DNA of 64,000 nt from Gammaproteobacteria bacterium (GCA_050298595.1 JBNKUM010000067.1:2976-66975); one strand, 5' to 3'; counted from the stretch's first letter, positions 1 to 12,772 are shown. Notes: generated by a model from the sequence alone, not told the origin. A program made the numbers and translations.

Positions 1-215
1 TCGTGACGATATTTGTTATCTTCCAGGCAATTAAAGGTGCTCACATTAGTTTTTAACCAACTGTATTTAAAGGATTAATTCGAAAAGGCGAGATTCGACA
101 TAAATTATGGAGCAAATTGTCATTGGATCATCATCGAAAAACCATCAATCTTCAGACTGATGCGATAACACCATCATGTTGTCATTTAAATCCACCTGAT
201 AAGAGCTTGAACGAC

Positions 216-2015
216 ATGTCTGAATATAAAGTCCCTCATCGAGATATGAGCTTTGTACTGAATGAAGTACTCGATTTACCGGCCCACTATAGTGAGCTAC
301 CCGATTGTGAGGAAGTCACACCAGATCTGGTAGAAGCTATTCTTGAAGAATGCGGAAAATTTTCCGAACGCGTACTTTCACCCTTAAACCAGATTGGCGA
401 CCAGCAGGGTTGCAAATTCAATGATGGCGAAGTTACCACGCCTGACGGTTTTAAAGAAGCATACCAGCAATATTGTGAGGCTGGCTGGCCTTCACTCCCA
501 CATAGCCCCGAATGGGGTGGCCAGGGTCTTCCTGAATCACTAGGTATCTTAGTCAGTGAAATGACGGGGACCGCTAACTGGTCCTGGAGCATGTATACTC
601 ATTTGAGTCATGGCGCCATGAACACTCTGGAGCAGCATGGCACGCAGCAACAGAAGGAAACCTACCTGCCTCCTCTGGTAAGCGGTGAATGGACCGGCAC
701 CATGTGCCTGACTGAACCACACTGCGGCACCGATCTGGGTATGTTGCGTACCAAAGCCGAACCTCAGGAAGATGGTAGCTACACTATCAATGGCAGCAAA
801 ATCTTTATCTCGGCCGGACAGCATGACATGTCCTCCAACATCGTGCATATAGTGCTGGCGCGTCTACCCGGCGCACCCGAAGGTACCAAAGGTATCTCGT
901 TATTTGTAGTGCCCAGACAGTTACCCGACGAACAAGGTAATGCAGGTGCAGCAAACGGCGTTAGCTGCGGCTCTATTGAACATAAGATGGGGATACATGG
1001 CAATGCAACCTGCACCATTAACTTCGATGACGCAAAGGGCTTTTTAATTGGCCCACCGAATAAAGGCCTCAACTGCATGTTTACCTTTATGAATGGTGCA
1101 CGTATAGGCACAGCTGTGCAGGGTCTGGGGCATGCTGAAATGAGTTTCCAGAACTCTTTGACCTATGCACGCGAACGCCTGCAAATGCGCGCACTGACAG
1201 GCCCCAAAGCACCCGACAAAGCGGCCGACCCCATCATTGTGCATCCTGAAGTCCGCAAGATGCTGCTGATCCAGAAATCAATCGCCGAAGGTGGTAGAGC
1301 CATGCTGTACTTCCTTGCCATGCAGGCAGATAAAGCGCTGCGCCTGAAAGATGAAAAGGAGCGTACCGAAGCAGATACCTTATTATCCTTCATGACCCCT
1401 ATTGCAAAAGCTTTTCTGACCGAAATGGGCTTTGAAGCAGCTAATCATGGACTGCAGGTTTTTGGTGGTCATGGCTATATCGCTGAACACGGCATGGAAC
1501 AAAATGTACGCGATTGCCGTATCTCCATGCTATACGAAGGTACCACTCAGATACAGGCGCTAGATTTACTGGGACGTAAAGTTCTGATGACCAAGGGCGA
1601 TTCATTAAAGATGTTCACCAAAATCATCCACCTGTTCTGTAAAGAGCATGCCAAAGACAAGGCGATGAAAGAATTCATCAAACCGCTTGAAGAGCTGAAC
1701 AAGGAATGGGGCTCCATCACCATGAAGATTGGTATGAAAGCGATGATGAACAAGGATGAAGTTGGTGCCGCCTCGGTGGATTACCTGATGTACTCTGGCT
1801 ATGCAGTACTGGCCTATTTCTGGGCGAGAATGGCCAAAACTGCGCAGTTAAAACTTGCCGAAGGTAGTTCTGAGACAGGCTTTTATCAGGCAAAAATCAC
1901 CACTGCTCGTTTTTATTATCAGCGTATGTTGCCGCGCACCCGCAGTCTGGTGGAAACCATGCAGTCAGGCGCAGATAACCTGATGTCGCTGGATGAAGAG
2001 AACTTTTCATTTTAA
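216..2015 (+). CDS. fadE: Acyl-CoA dehydrogenase, ~600-aa FadE type
   Basis: ORF 117..2015 with ACAD-like motifs (GWPSLPHSPEWGGQG, CLTEPHCGTDLG, YEGTTQIQALDLLGRK). Start moved to the in-frame ATG at 216 (MSEYKVPHRDMSF) because this class typically begins M-x-x-Y-K-x-P. First gene of a fadE-SCP2-fadB-fadA run. Confidence 0.85.
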   Translation: MSEYKVPHRDMSFVLNEVLDLPAHYSELPDCEEVTPDLVEAILEECGKFSERVLSPLNQIGDQQGCKFNDGEVTTPDGFKEAYQQYCEAGWPSLPHSPEWGGQGLPESLGILVSEMTGTANWSWSMYTHLSHGAMNTLEQHGTQQQKETYLPPLVSGEWTGTMCLTEPHCGTDLGMLRTKAEPQEDGSYTINGSKIFISAGQHDMSSNIVHIVLARLPGAPEGTKGISLFVVPRQLPDEQGNAGAANGVSCGSIEHKMGIHGNATCTINFDDAKGFLIGPPNKGLNCMFTFMNGARIGTAVQGLGHAEMSFQNSLTYARERLQMRALTGPKAPDKAADPIIVHPEVRKMLLIQKSIAEGGRAMLYFLAMQADKALRLKDEKERTEADTLLSFMTPIAKAFLTEMGFEAANHGLQVFGGHGYIAEHGMEQNVRDCRISMLYEGTTQIQALDLLGRKVLMTKGDSLKMFTKIIHLFCKEHAKDKAMKEFIKPLEELNKEWGSITMKIGMKAMMNKDEVGAASVDYLMYSGYAVLAYFWARMAKTAQLKLAEGSSETGFYQAKITTARFYYQRMLPRTRSLVETMQSGADNLMSLDEENFSF

Positions 2016-2066
2016 AGCACAAAACACCCGCTTTAATGATGACACTAAACCCAAAAGGAGAACCCT

Positions 2067-2384
2067 ATGAGTGATGTAACAACGCTATTAGACACCATGC
2101 AACAGCGATTCAGCCCAGACGCAGCAGCCGGAATGGACGCTATTTTTCAATACGATATTACCGATGAAGGTAGCTGGCATATCTCGGTTAAGCAAAATCA
2201 ATGCGAGATTGCACCCGCCGATACCAGCGAAGCCACAGTCACGTTAAGCATGAGCAAAGACACTCTGGCTGAGGTTATCAGTGGTGAAACCGATGGCATG
2301 CAGGCATTTATGATGGGCGATATCACCGCCACTGGCGACGTGATGCTGGCTACACGCCTAAGTGATCTTTTTCCGCTGACTTAA
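2067..2384 (+). CDS. SCP2 (sterol carrier protein 2)-like lipid-binding domain protein
   Basis: 105-aa ORF with a good RBS (aaaaggagaaccctATG). SCP2-like C-terminal pattern GETDGMQAFMMGDITATGDVMLATRLSDLF. Confidence 0.7.
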   Translation: MSDVTTLLDTMQQRFSPDAAAGMDAIFQYDITDEGSWHISVKQNQCEIAPADTSEATVTLSMSKDTLAEVISGETDGMQAFMMGDITATGDVMLATRLSDLFPLT

Positions 2385-2442
2385 GGCAGTCAGTTACTAA
2401 CACATTTTATAAATAACTACTCTGATAAAGGAGACATATGCC

Positions 2443-5783
<3,341 letters not shown>

Positions 5784-5795
5784 GCAATATCCACT

Positions 5796-5825
5796 GGTGA
5801 CTATGGCCCGAAAGCCATGGTCACC
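5796..5825 (+). terminator. Stem-loop after fadA (putative terminator)
   Basis: ggtgactatggc-ccgaaa-gccatggtcacc: 12-bp stem with one mismatch, 13 nt after the fadA stop. No clear T-tract follows. Confidence 0.45.
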
Positions 5826-5960
5826 ATTTACAACTTATATCACCAAAACTGCACTATCCTCCCACGGACTGGTTGCTATCAGCTTGACCGGGCATTCAAG
5901 CTAGATATTTGGAAACATAGTCTCTATACTTTCCAGATTAACAAATCGGGCTAAAAAGCT

Positions 5961-6662
5961 ATGGACTTCAACGCTTTATCTAAACGACTTATCACAATTG
6001 GTTTGCTTATCTTTTTAAATGCCTGCGCAGAAGATGGGGCCGAAAAAGATTCAAGGGTTGTTATTTCAGATTCTGATGTAATTTCTGATCTTACTGACTT
6101 ACAGTATCAACTGCCCATAGTCGTTCAGGTAGCTGACTCAGATGGATCTCCTCAGGCAAATGCAGAGGTGAAAATAACCTTAACGACCCTGGGCTACTAC
6201 AAAGGCTACTATACTTATCAGGATATCAAGCTGCCACTTGACGGCACCCCTGAGCAATGGGCAGAATTTACATCATCCGTCCTGTGTCCTGCTGAAGACA
6301 TTAACAATAATTTAATGATGGATGCGGGAGAAGATCTCAATGGAAACGGCCTGTTGGAACCAGAAACACCCACCATTACCACACACCCTTCCGAGATACC
6401 AACCCTGATAGCCGGCACATCTACCCTGATCACTGACAGCAATGGCTTTGGGTATTTCACTATCACTTACCCTAAATCTGAAGCCCATTGGGTTAGATAC
6501 AGGCTGACAGCAACTACTCAAGGTGGTTTATCTGAAAATAGAGATGTTTTCGAACGTAATTTACCAGTCTCTGTAGCCGATTTGGAAAAACCGCAGAATG
6601 AACCGCCAGCCTTTATGAAAAGTCCTTATGGTATCACCGCCAACTGCGCCAGCACTAACTAA
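5961..6662 (+). CDS. Hypothetical lipoprotein
   Basis: 233-aa ORF with a signal peptide and lipobox (LLIFLNAC). No recognisable catalytic motif. Confidence 0.6.
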   Translation: MDFNALSKRLITIGLLIFLNACAEDGAEKDSRVVISDSDVISDLTDLQYQLPIVVQVADSDGSPQANAEVKITLTTLGYYKGYYTYQDIKLPLDGTPEQWAEFTSSVLCPAEDINNNLMMDAGEDLNGNGLLEPETPTITTHPSEIPTLIAGTSTLITDSNGFGYFTITYPKSEAHWVRYRLTATTQGGLSENRDVFERNLPVSVADLEKPQNEPPAFMKSPYGITANCASTN

Positions 6663-6849
6663 AACAACCCAAAAGAAACCGAACTCGACATAATTTAACA
6701 GCCATTTAATCTAATTAAATAGCTATTAACTGGTAGATTCAGTCATTTCATCCAGCAGCTTTTTGGGATGAATCAGGGCATCCAGCTGGTTATCGTAAAT
6801 CTTGCCCAATAACTGAGCCACATGTTAAATCTTTATTTTTTATCTGACT

Positions 6850-7091
6850 TGAACCTAGAATCCGCAGTTGGACGAATTGTAGTGCGTTTGTGGTGGTAAC
6901 GCAGAGATACGCCGCCTCAAACGTGCAATTCAGCTCGTAGCGGGACTCACCTGTTGGGTTTTCAGCATGGATGCTGTTATTTCGCGAATGCATGGAAGCA
7001 TAGGAGCGTGAAAATACAAACTGACTATGATCGTTTACGAAACAGTGGGTTACTCTCCAATGCGAGCGGTTAACTGCGGAATCCAGGTTAA
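6850..7091. repeat. MITE-like element with ~20-bp terminal inverted repeats and a conserved ~100-bp core
   Basis: Left end gaacctagaatccgcagttgg (6850-6870). Right end ttaactgcggaatccaggtt (7070-7089) is its imperfect reverse complement. Internal core 6896-6996 recurs at 40246-40346. Confidence 0.7.
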
Positions 7092-7152
7092 AGGGAGTTG
7101 CTATCACCTAAGAGATTATGACCCTTTGATGCTATTGATCAACTACTAAAAG

Positions 7153-7215
7153 ATTATCCACGAAGCACACGAATATAAACCTCTATTAATCTTCTTGCTC
7201 TTCATGGTTAATAAT
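7153..7215. repeat. REP-like imperfect palindrome (CCACGAAG variant)
   Basis: attatccacgaagcacacgaa...aacctctattaatcttcttgctcttcatggttaat. Shares its left arm and the aacctctattaatcttc segment with the element at 12643-12772. Confidence 0.6.
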
Positions 7216-7279
7216 ACTTTCTAACCATGAGAAAAGTATTCAATATAGGTTGTCCATGTTTGCATTAAATCCCTGAAAT

Positions 7280-7696
7280 TTATACTCCACTGTGTGAGTC
7301 ATTACTCGGCAGCAGGCTAGCAATAATCTTATCAACATCGTCGTAATCCTTTCCTTCATCCTCTACCGGGCAATTGTAGGTTACGAAGAGCATCAGCTGT
7401 CCACAGCAGAGATACCATTCACACCAATATTCTTCTTTAGTTGAATAGTCAAACCAGAATCCATGAAAATCATCCAGATCCAGCTCCTGTGGACTCGCGC
7501 CAGCTTGAAGATCTTCTTCTGCAATATGCATGAGATCATTCGGGGTTAATTCTTTATCGTGAATCACCGAACTGATGTGAACTTCGCCATGAGCGTTTTC
7601 GCCAAACAATACATCAATGCCTTCCTCATTGTCGTACTCCGAGTCCCAGGTGTCAGGTATGCTGACGGTAAAGTAGTTGCCTTGATGGATTTTCAT
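7280..7696 (-). CDS. Hypothetical acidic protein
   Basis: 138-aa ORF in its own intergenic context. Very acidic, no signal peptide, no recognised motif. Confidence 0.5.
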   Translation of the reverse strand: MKIHQGNYFTVSIPDTWDSEYDNEEGIDVLFGENAHGEVHISSVIHDKELTPNDLMHIAEEDLQAGASPQELDLDDFHGFWFDYSTKEEYWCEWYLCCGQLMLFVTYNCPVEDEGKDYDDVDKIIASLLPSNDSHSGV

Positions 7697-7818
7697 AATG
7701 TGAATCTAATGATTGGGAGGAATGATCTGCATATTGTACAGCAGCTTGTTCACTCGGGCGAAATATCACAGCCGGTATGAGCGACTATTCCTGTATCATC
7801 TAAGGCTTTTAGTCTACC

Positions 7819-8829
7819 TTGATTTGTGTGATTCTCGCTCCCGAAAATAGCCCTGTGCCAGATTCTATTACTCCGCCTGCAAGAATTTTACTTGCACCTA
7901 TGGAAAGTGTGATCGATTTTAATATGCGCCACTTGTTGACGAAGATTGGGAGCTTTGATCGATGTGTGACTGAATTTATCCGGGTCACAAACACCGTATT
8001 GCCTGCTCGGGTATTCCAGCGTTATTGTCCCGAGCTGCATCAGGATAGTCGTACCAGCAATGGCACACCCGTATTTGTACAACTGATGGGTGGCGATCCA
8101 TTGATGATGGCAGCAAATGCCAAACGAGCCTCAGAACTGGGTAGTGCCGGTATTGATCTTAATTTTGGCTGCCCGGCAAAAACTGTCAACCGAAAAGACG
8201 GTGGCTCTATTTTGTTACAGACACCCGCACGAGTGAAGGCTATCGTACAGGCTGTGCGGGATATTGTTCCTGAGACCGTGCCGGTTAGCGCAAAAATCAG
8301 GTTGGGTTTTGATGACAGTCGTTTACTCACACAGCTCTGCACTGGAATAGAGCAGGCTGGTGCCGATGAACTCTGTATCCATGCCCGTACAAAGCAGGAT
8401 GGTTACAAACCGCCTGCATACTGGTCTCAAATAAAACCTGTCCGTGAGTTGCTTTCCATACCTGTAGTGGTCAACGGTGAAATATGGAATCCACATGATG
8501 CCGATAAGGCAATCTATGAAAGCCAATGTAGCGACCTGATGCTCGGCCGTGGCGCTATTGCCTGTCCCGATCTGTCGATGCAAATCCGCGCTCGCTTATC
8601 AGGAGTCGAATATACGCCATTACAATGGCCAGAGATTGTGGAGTTATTGCAGCAATCATTCGATAGTACCGTACATGTACGACAGAAACATACCGGTAAT
8701 CGTCTTAAACAATGGCTGGTTTATCTTAAACGACAATACCCCCAGGCTGGAGAGCTTTTGCAATCCATTAAGCCACTCAAGGAAATTCATGCGATTAATG
8801 TTGCAATCGAAAGGCATCGTTCACGGTGA
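7819..8829 (+). CDS. dusC: tRNA-dihydrouridine synthase C
   Basis: Collinear with E. coli DusC (ILLAPMESV, CVTEFIRV, DLNFGCPAKTVN, IHARTKQDGY, VVNGEIW). Exact start uncertain: TTG 7819 or GTG 7828. Confidence 0.8.
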   Translation: MICVILAPENSPVPDSITPPARILLAPMESVIDFNMRHLLTKIGSFDRCVTEFIRVTNTVLPARVFQRYCPELHQDSRTSNGTPVFVQLMGGDPLMMAANAKRASELGSAGIDLNFGCPAKTVNRKDGGSILLQTPARVKAIVQAVRDIVPETVPVSAKIRLGFDDSRLLTQLCTGIEQAGADELCIHARTKQDGYKPPAYWSQIKPVRELLSIPVVVNGEIWNPHDADKAIYESQCSDLMLGRGAIACPDLSMQIRARLSGVEYTPLQWPEIVELLQQSFDSTVHVRQKHTGNRLKQWLVYLKRQYPQAGELLQSIKPLKEIHAINVAIERHRSR

Positions 8830-8889
8830 ATTCACTTAACTCAGTGCCAAACATAAGGTCTGCCACCTAAGGACATACTACTTTCACCA

Positions 8890-11800
8890 TTATTTTAAAT
8901 ACTGTTTTATAAAAGTACTTATCCCCTCAAGATCAAACCCTTTGGCCAGTTTGTTAAGCTTTCGGGCAAAAGAAATGTAAACCTCATTCTCTGCTTGCAG
9001 ACGAGAGGCCAGCTCCTGTATTTCAAAGACTTGTCCTATATCGGCTAACTGATACAACTCACGCAGCTGGTCGCTGGGCGGTGCAACCAGTGCTGCCTCG
9101 TGGTCGCTTTCTTCCTCAGCGTATACCAGGGTCAATCCCAGTTGCTTTTCCAGGATGTGGTAGATCTCATCGAAGCGGTAGGGCTTGCTGACGTAGTCAT
9201 CCATGCCTGATGCACGTAAGGTTTCCTCCTCCTCTTTTAGGGCGGATGCGGTAACGGCGACGACCTTCACCTGGTCCCCACCCGGCAATTCGCGAATGCG
9301 ACGGGTGGCCTCGTCCCCATCCATGACTGGCATGCGTCTATCCATCAAGATCAGGTCTGGCCTCCATTGCTGGAATATCTGTATACACTCTTCGCCGTTC
9401 TGCGCCACCTTTACGTCCAGGCCGAGGTCAGTCATCACCCTGGCGAGCAGGATTTGACTGTCCCGCTGATCCTCGGCGATCAGGATGCGGCGGGTGGCCT
9501 GCCCCGGCGCGAGGCCTGCCACTGCTCCGTGAGTTTCAGCACTGAGGCGGATCATCTCCGCTTCATCGGGCTCATTCAGCGGCAGATCGACGCGAAACAG
9601 CGAGCCCTGGCCCGGTTTGCTTTCAACGGAGACACTTCCACCCATCAGTTGCACGAACTGGCGCACGATGGCAAGTCCCAGGCCGGTCCCCTCCTGCGAA
9701 GAAGTGCCTGCGGACAGCTGTTCGAAAGGCTTGAACAGACGCCGTTGATCCTTTTTGCTAATCCCTGGGCCATTATCCTCGACCTCGATCAGTAGATGGT
9801 GATGGGCATTGTGTTTGCTGCGCAGGCGCATGGTTACGCTGCCCTGTTTGGTGAACTTCACCGCATTGCTCACCAGGTTGACCAGGATTTGCCGTAGCCG
9901 CGCCTCGTCGCCCTTGATGTAGCGAGGAAACGCTGACGACTGATCCAGCTCTAGTTGCAGCCCCTTCTGTTGCGCCTTCAGTCTCATCATGTCACTTACC
10001 TCACGCACCAGTTCATGCAGGTCAAAGGTGGAGATCTCCAGTTGCTGTTTACCCGCCTCAATCTTGGAGATCTCCAGTACATCGTTGATCAGCTTGAGCA
10101 GGTGATCGCCACTTTTGTTGATGATTTCCAGGTTTTCCCGCTGGCTGGAATTCAGAGACTGGTCCTTACGCATCAGTTGCGAGAAGCCGAGGATGGCGTT
10201 GAGTGGGGTGCGCAACTCATGGCTCATGTTGGCGAGGAAGGTGCTCTTCGCTTTGTTGGCCGCCTCTGCCGCATCACGCGCCAGGCGCAGCTCATCAGTA
10301 CGTTGCTGCACCAGCTCTTCCAGCTCATCCTTGTGCCGACGTAACGTCTCCTCTGCCTGTTTTTGATAGGTGATGTCGTGTGCAATCCCCAGCACGCTGA
10401 CCACCTTGTCCTCCTCATCGTGCTCTGGCGCATACAGGACTTCAAAAGTGCGCGGACCGTCGACCGTTTGCCATTGCATCTGAAGCTTCTGTGTTTGTGC
10501 GGTCGCAAACACCTGAAGGATGGATTGCTCAAGTTCGTAATTTATTGCGTCATCACCCGGCTTACCAATTTGTGTCGGGCTTTTGCCGATGAAGGTCTTG
10601 CGCGGGATGCCAAACGTTTTTTCTACAGACGGATTGACGAACAGGTGACGGCAGTCAGGGGCGAAACGGGTGATACAGTCAGGCAGGTTCTCGATCAGTG
10701 TGCGATAGTCTCGCTCTCGCGCTACCAGTGTCTGTTCTGCAAGTTTGCGCTCGCTAATATCCCGTACCAGGGCAAGATTATAACTCTGTTCGGCATATTC
10801 AATGAAATTGGCGCTAATTTCGACCGGTATGATACGCCCATCCTTTGCTCTATGCCGTCCCTCGAAGGTGATTGATCTCTTTTCCTGCAGATCCCGCCAA
10901 TGCTCCGGCCAGCGAACGGCCGGCCAGTCAGGGTCGATATCCTCCACGCCAGAAGCAAGCAATTCATCGTGAGAATAGCCCAGAATGCGACAGGCCTCCT
11001 CGTTCACGAAGTGGAATCTGGCCCTTTCGTCGATCAGGAATGCCGCTTCATGCACACTATTCAGGGCAAAGCTCAGCAGAGTGACCTGATGTTCGGTCTG
11101 CTTACGCTCTGTGATATCTTCCGAAATCCCCAGTAGATAGACAGGTAGTCCCTCTTTGTTACGCAGGGCAAGTTTTCTGGTATGCAGAATGCGGGTGCCG
11201 TTTACCGTTTCGACAGGCTCTTCCGGGATGTCCACTACACCCGTCTGAGTCAGCACATCACGGTCCTTGCTAATGAAGAAATCGGCCTGTTCCTTCGGAA
11301 AGAAGTCGTAATCATGCCGTCCCAGCAACTCTTCGCGACTAAGTCCCAACAGTTCCTGACCTGTACGGTTGAAGCGGATGAAGCTGAGATCTGATGCACG
11401 TTTCAGAAAGACCATTACCGGGAGATTGTCGACGATGTCGTCGAGCAGGTTTCGGCTCTCCGTGAGGGACCTGTTTAGTAGCAGCATGCCGATGCCAAAG
11501 AACAGCAGTAGCGTAAACACCACCGCGACGGCAACAACCTTGTCTCGGTAAAGTTCGTAAAAGTTTACCGGACGGTTAATAACGACCGAACCTTCAGGCA
11601 GAGACTTATCTTGCAGGTCGAAGCGCTGCAACTGCTCGTAATCGAAGAGGTAACGGTTCGCACTCTCCCATTCGATCGGGATTGAGTCTGCTTCTTCACC
11701 ATTGAGGATACGTATAACCTGCTGGGCTGCCACTTCGCCGTGGGCCTCGCCAGAGGTCAGCTTTCCACCGACAATACCATCGCCAAACATGTAATCCCAG

Positions 11801-12552
11801 ACCGAAAAGACTGGCTGCCTGCTGGCGTCACTGATGGCACGTACGGCAGTACTGCTGTCGATGGTCTCGCCATCATCGTTGGTGGGCCGGTTCAAGATGA
11901 AAACAACTGTATCTGACCCAGCGAGCCTGACTCTCTCCTCAATGTGCGAGAGTACTGGATCATCGAAAAGTTCAAGTTCAGAGGGCCTGCTCCGTTGTTC
12001 ATTGTCCTTTTGCAGACTCGCGAAGTTTCCACGGAAAGTCGGCGACTGCTCACCGAGTACAAGTACACGCCGCCCGGGCAGCAACTTATCAATGATCTCC
12101 AGCGTTTCCTTGAACGCAGCCTCTTCGGCAACACCCGTCAGGTTTTTGTATCGGTCCCGAATGTTGGGACTGAGGCCATTAATTCCACAGAAAACCACAG
12201 GTACGTCGGGCGCCAGCAGTGGACGCACGTCCAGCACAAAATCCAGAGCATTGTTGTCCGTTACCGCAATGACCTCAGGGGGATTCCTCTTGAATTTGCT
12301 CTCAAGGGTCTGCAGGAGATCCTGACGCATGAGATCCTTTTGCTCGCGGTAGCGTAAGGAATCGAGATACTCGATGTGCAGGTCAACCGGTATACCGTTA
12401 TTGGCAAGGGCGTTGATGAACCCCTGATGCTGAGAATCGGTCCAGGGCATGCCGCTGTGATAGGAATGGATTAATAGCACACTGTGACTCTGAGCGACAG
12501 CCGTTGCCGACAGCCCCAGCAGAGCAATGAACAAGACAAGTAGTCGAATCAT
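8890..12552 (-). CDS. Hybrid sensor histidine kinase with fused periplasmic ABC-SBP-like domain, PAS repeats, HisKA-HATPase, receiver and a C-terminal extension
   Basis: 1220 aa. Order: signal/TM, ~330-aa SBP-like periplasmic domain, TM (VVAVAVVFTLLLFFGIGMLLL), three PAS-like blocks. Then [19 protein letters not shown] (H-box), [12 protein letters not shown] (G2), and receiver ILIAEDQRDSQ...MDRRMPVMDG. Confidence 0.9.
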   Translation of the reverse strand: MIRLLVLFIALLGLSATAVAQSHSVLLIHSYHSGMPWTDSQHQGFINALANNGIPVDLHIEYLDSLRYREQKDLMRQDLLQTLESKFKRNPPEVIAVTDNNALDFVLDVRPLLAPDVPVVFCGINGLSPNIRDRYKNLTGVAEEAAFKETLEIIDKLLPGRRVLVLGEQSPTFRGNFASLQKDNEQRSRPSELELFDDPVLSHIEERVRLAGSDTVVFILNRPTNDDGETIDSSTAVRAISDASRQPVFSVWDYMFGDGIVGGKLTSGEAHGEVAAQQVIRILNGEEADSIPIEWESANRYLFDYEQLQRFDLQDKSLPEGSVVINRPVNFYELYRDKVVAVAVVFTLLLFFGIGMLLLNRSLTESRNLLDDIVDNLPVMVFLKRASDLSFIRFNRTGQELLGLSREELLGRHDYDFFPKEQADFFISKDRDVLTQTGVVDIPEEPVETVNGTRILHTRKLALRNKEGLPVYLLGISEDITERKQTEHQVTLLSFALNSVHEAAFLIDERARFHFVNEEACRILGYSHDELLASGVEDIDPDWPAVRWPEHWRDLQEKRSITFEGRHRAKDGRIIPVEISANFIEYAEQSYNLALVRDISERKLAEQTLVARERDYRTLIENLPDCITRFAPDCRHLFVNPSVEKTFGIPRKTFIGKSPTQIGKPGDDAINYELEQSILQVFATAQTQKLQMQWQTVDGPRTFEVLYAPEHDEEDKVVSVLGIAHDITYQKQAEETLRRHKDELEELVQQRTDELRLARDAAEAANKAKSTFLANMSHELRTPLNAILGFSQLMRKDQSLNSSQRENLEIINKSGDHLLKLINDVLEISKIEAGKQQLEISTFDLHELVREVSDMMRLKAQQKGLQLELDQSSAFPRYIKGDEARLRQILVNLVSNAVKFTKQGSVTMRLRSKHNAHHHLLIEVEDNGPGISKKDQRRLFKPFEQLSAGTSSQEGTGLGLAIVRQFVQLMGGSVSVESKPGQGSLFRVDLPLNEPDEAEMIRLSAETHGAVAGLAPGQATRRILIAEDQRDSQILLARVMTDLGLDVKVAQNGEECIQIFQQWRPDLILMDRRMPVMDGDEATRRIRELPGGDQVKVVAVTASALKEEEETLRASGMDDYVSKPYRFDEIYHILEKQLGLTLVYAEEESDHEAALVAPPSDQLRELYQLADIGQVFEIQELASRLQAENEVYISFARKLNKLAKGFDLEGISTFIKQYLK

Positions 12553-12642
12553 CTGATGGTTCTCCGTCTAGACCGATACACCTTTACCAAAGGTGAAAAG
12601 TTCTTTGATTTAGGTTCCTAATAATTTTTCGCCTGTCAAAAG

Positions 12643-12772
12643 ATTAACCACGAAGTACACAGAGCGCACGAAGAAAAACCTCTATTAATCTTCGTGACCT
12701 CGGCAACTGCTCGGCTCAGGCTTCCTGCGTTGTTCTAATTACGGGCATCCTGCCCTAATTCGTGGTTAATTA
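12643..12772. repeat. REP-like palindromic element (CCACGAAG variant, long form)
   Basis: Begins attaaccacgaagtacacagagcgcacgaag and ends ctaattcgtggttaat, so the termini are inverted. Shares aacctctattaatcttc with 7153-7215. Confidence 0.65.

Noticed and set aside
117-215. 33-codon N-terminal extension of the acyl-CoA dehydrogenase ORF
   Set aside because: The track start is a non-ATG codon far upstream. Homologues begin at the equivalent of MSEYKVP (ATG 216).
6790-7107. 105-aa minus-strand ORF
   Set aside because: It spans the MITE-like repeat. Its conserved peptide (SMHSRNN.IHAEN...YELNC.F) recurs at 40.3 kb only because the DNA repeat recurs, and there the frame is not maintained as an ORF. 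It is treated as non-coding repeat sequence.
9203-12357. Many 60-170-aa plus-strand ORFs (e.g. 9367..9795, 10363..10875, 11834..12325, 11944..12357)
   Set aside because: All are antisense to the 1220-aa GC-rich kinase gene. High GC suppresses stop codons on the opposite strand. None has a recognisable motif.
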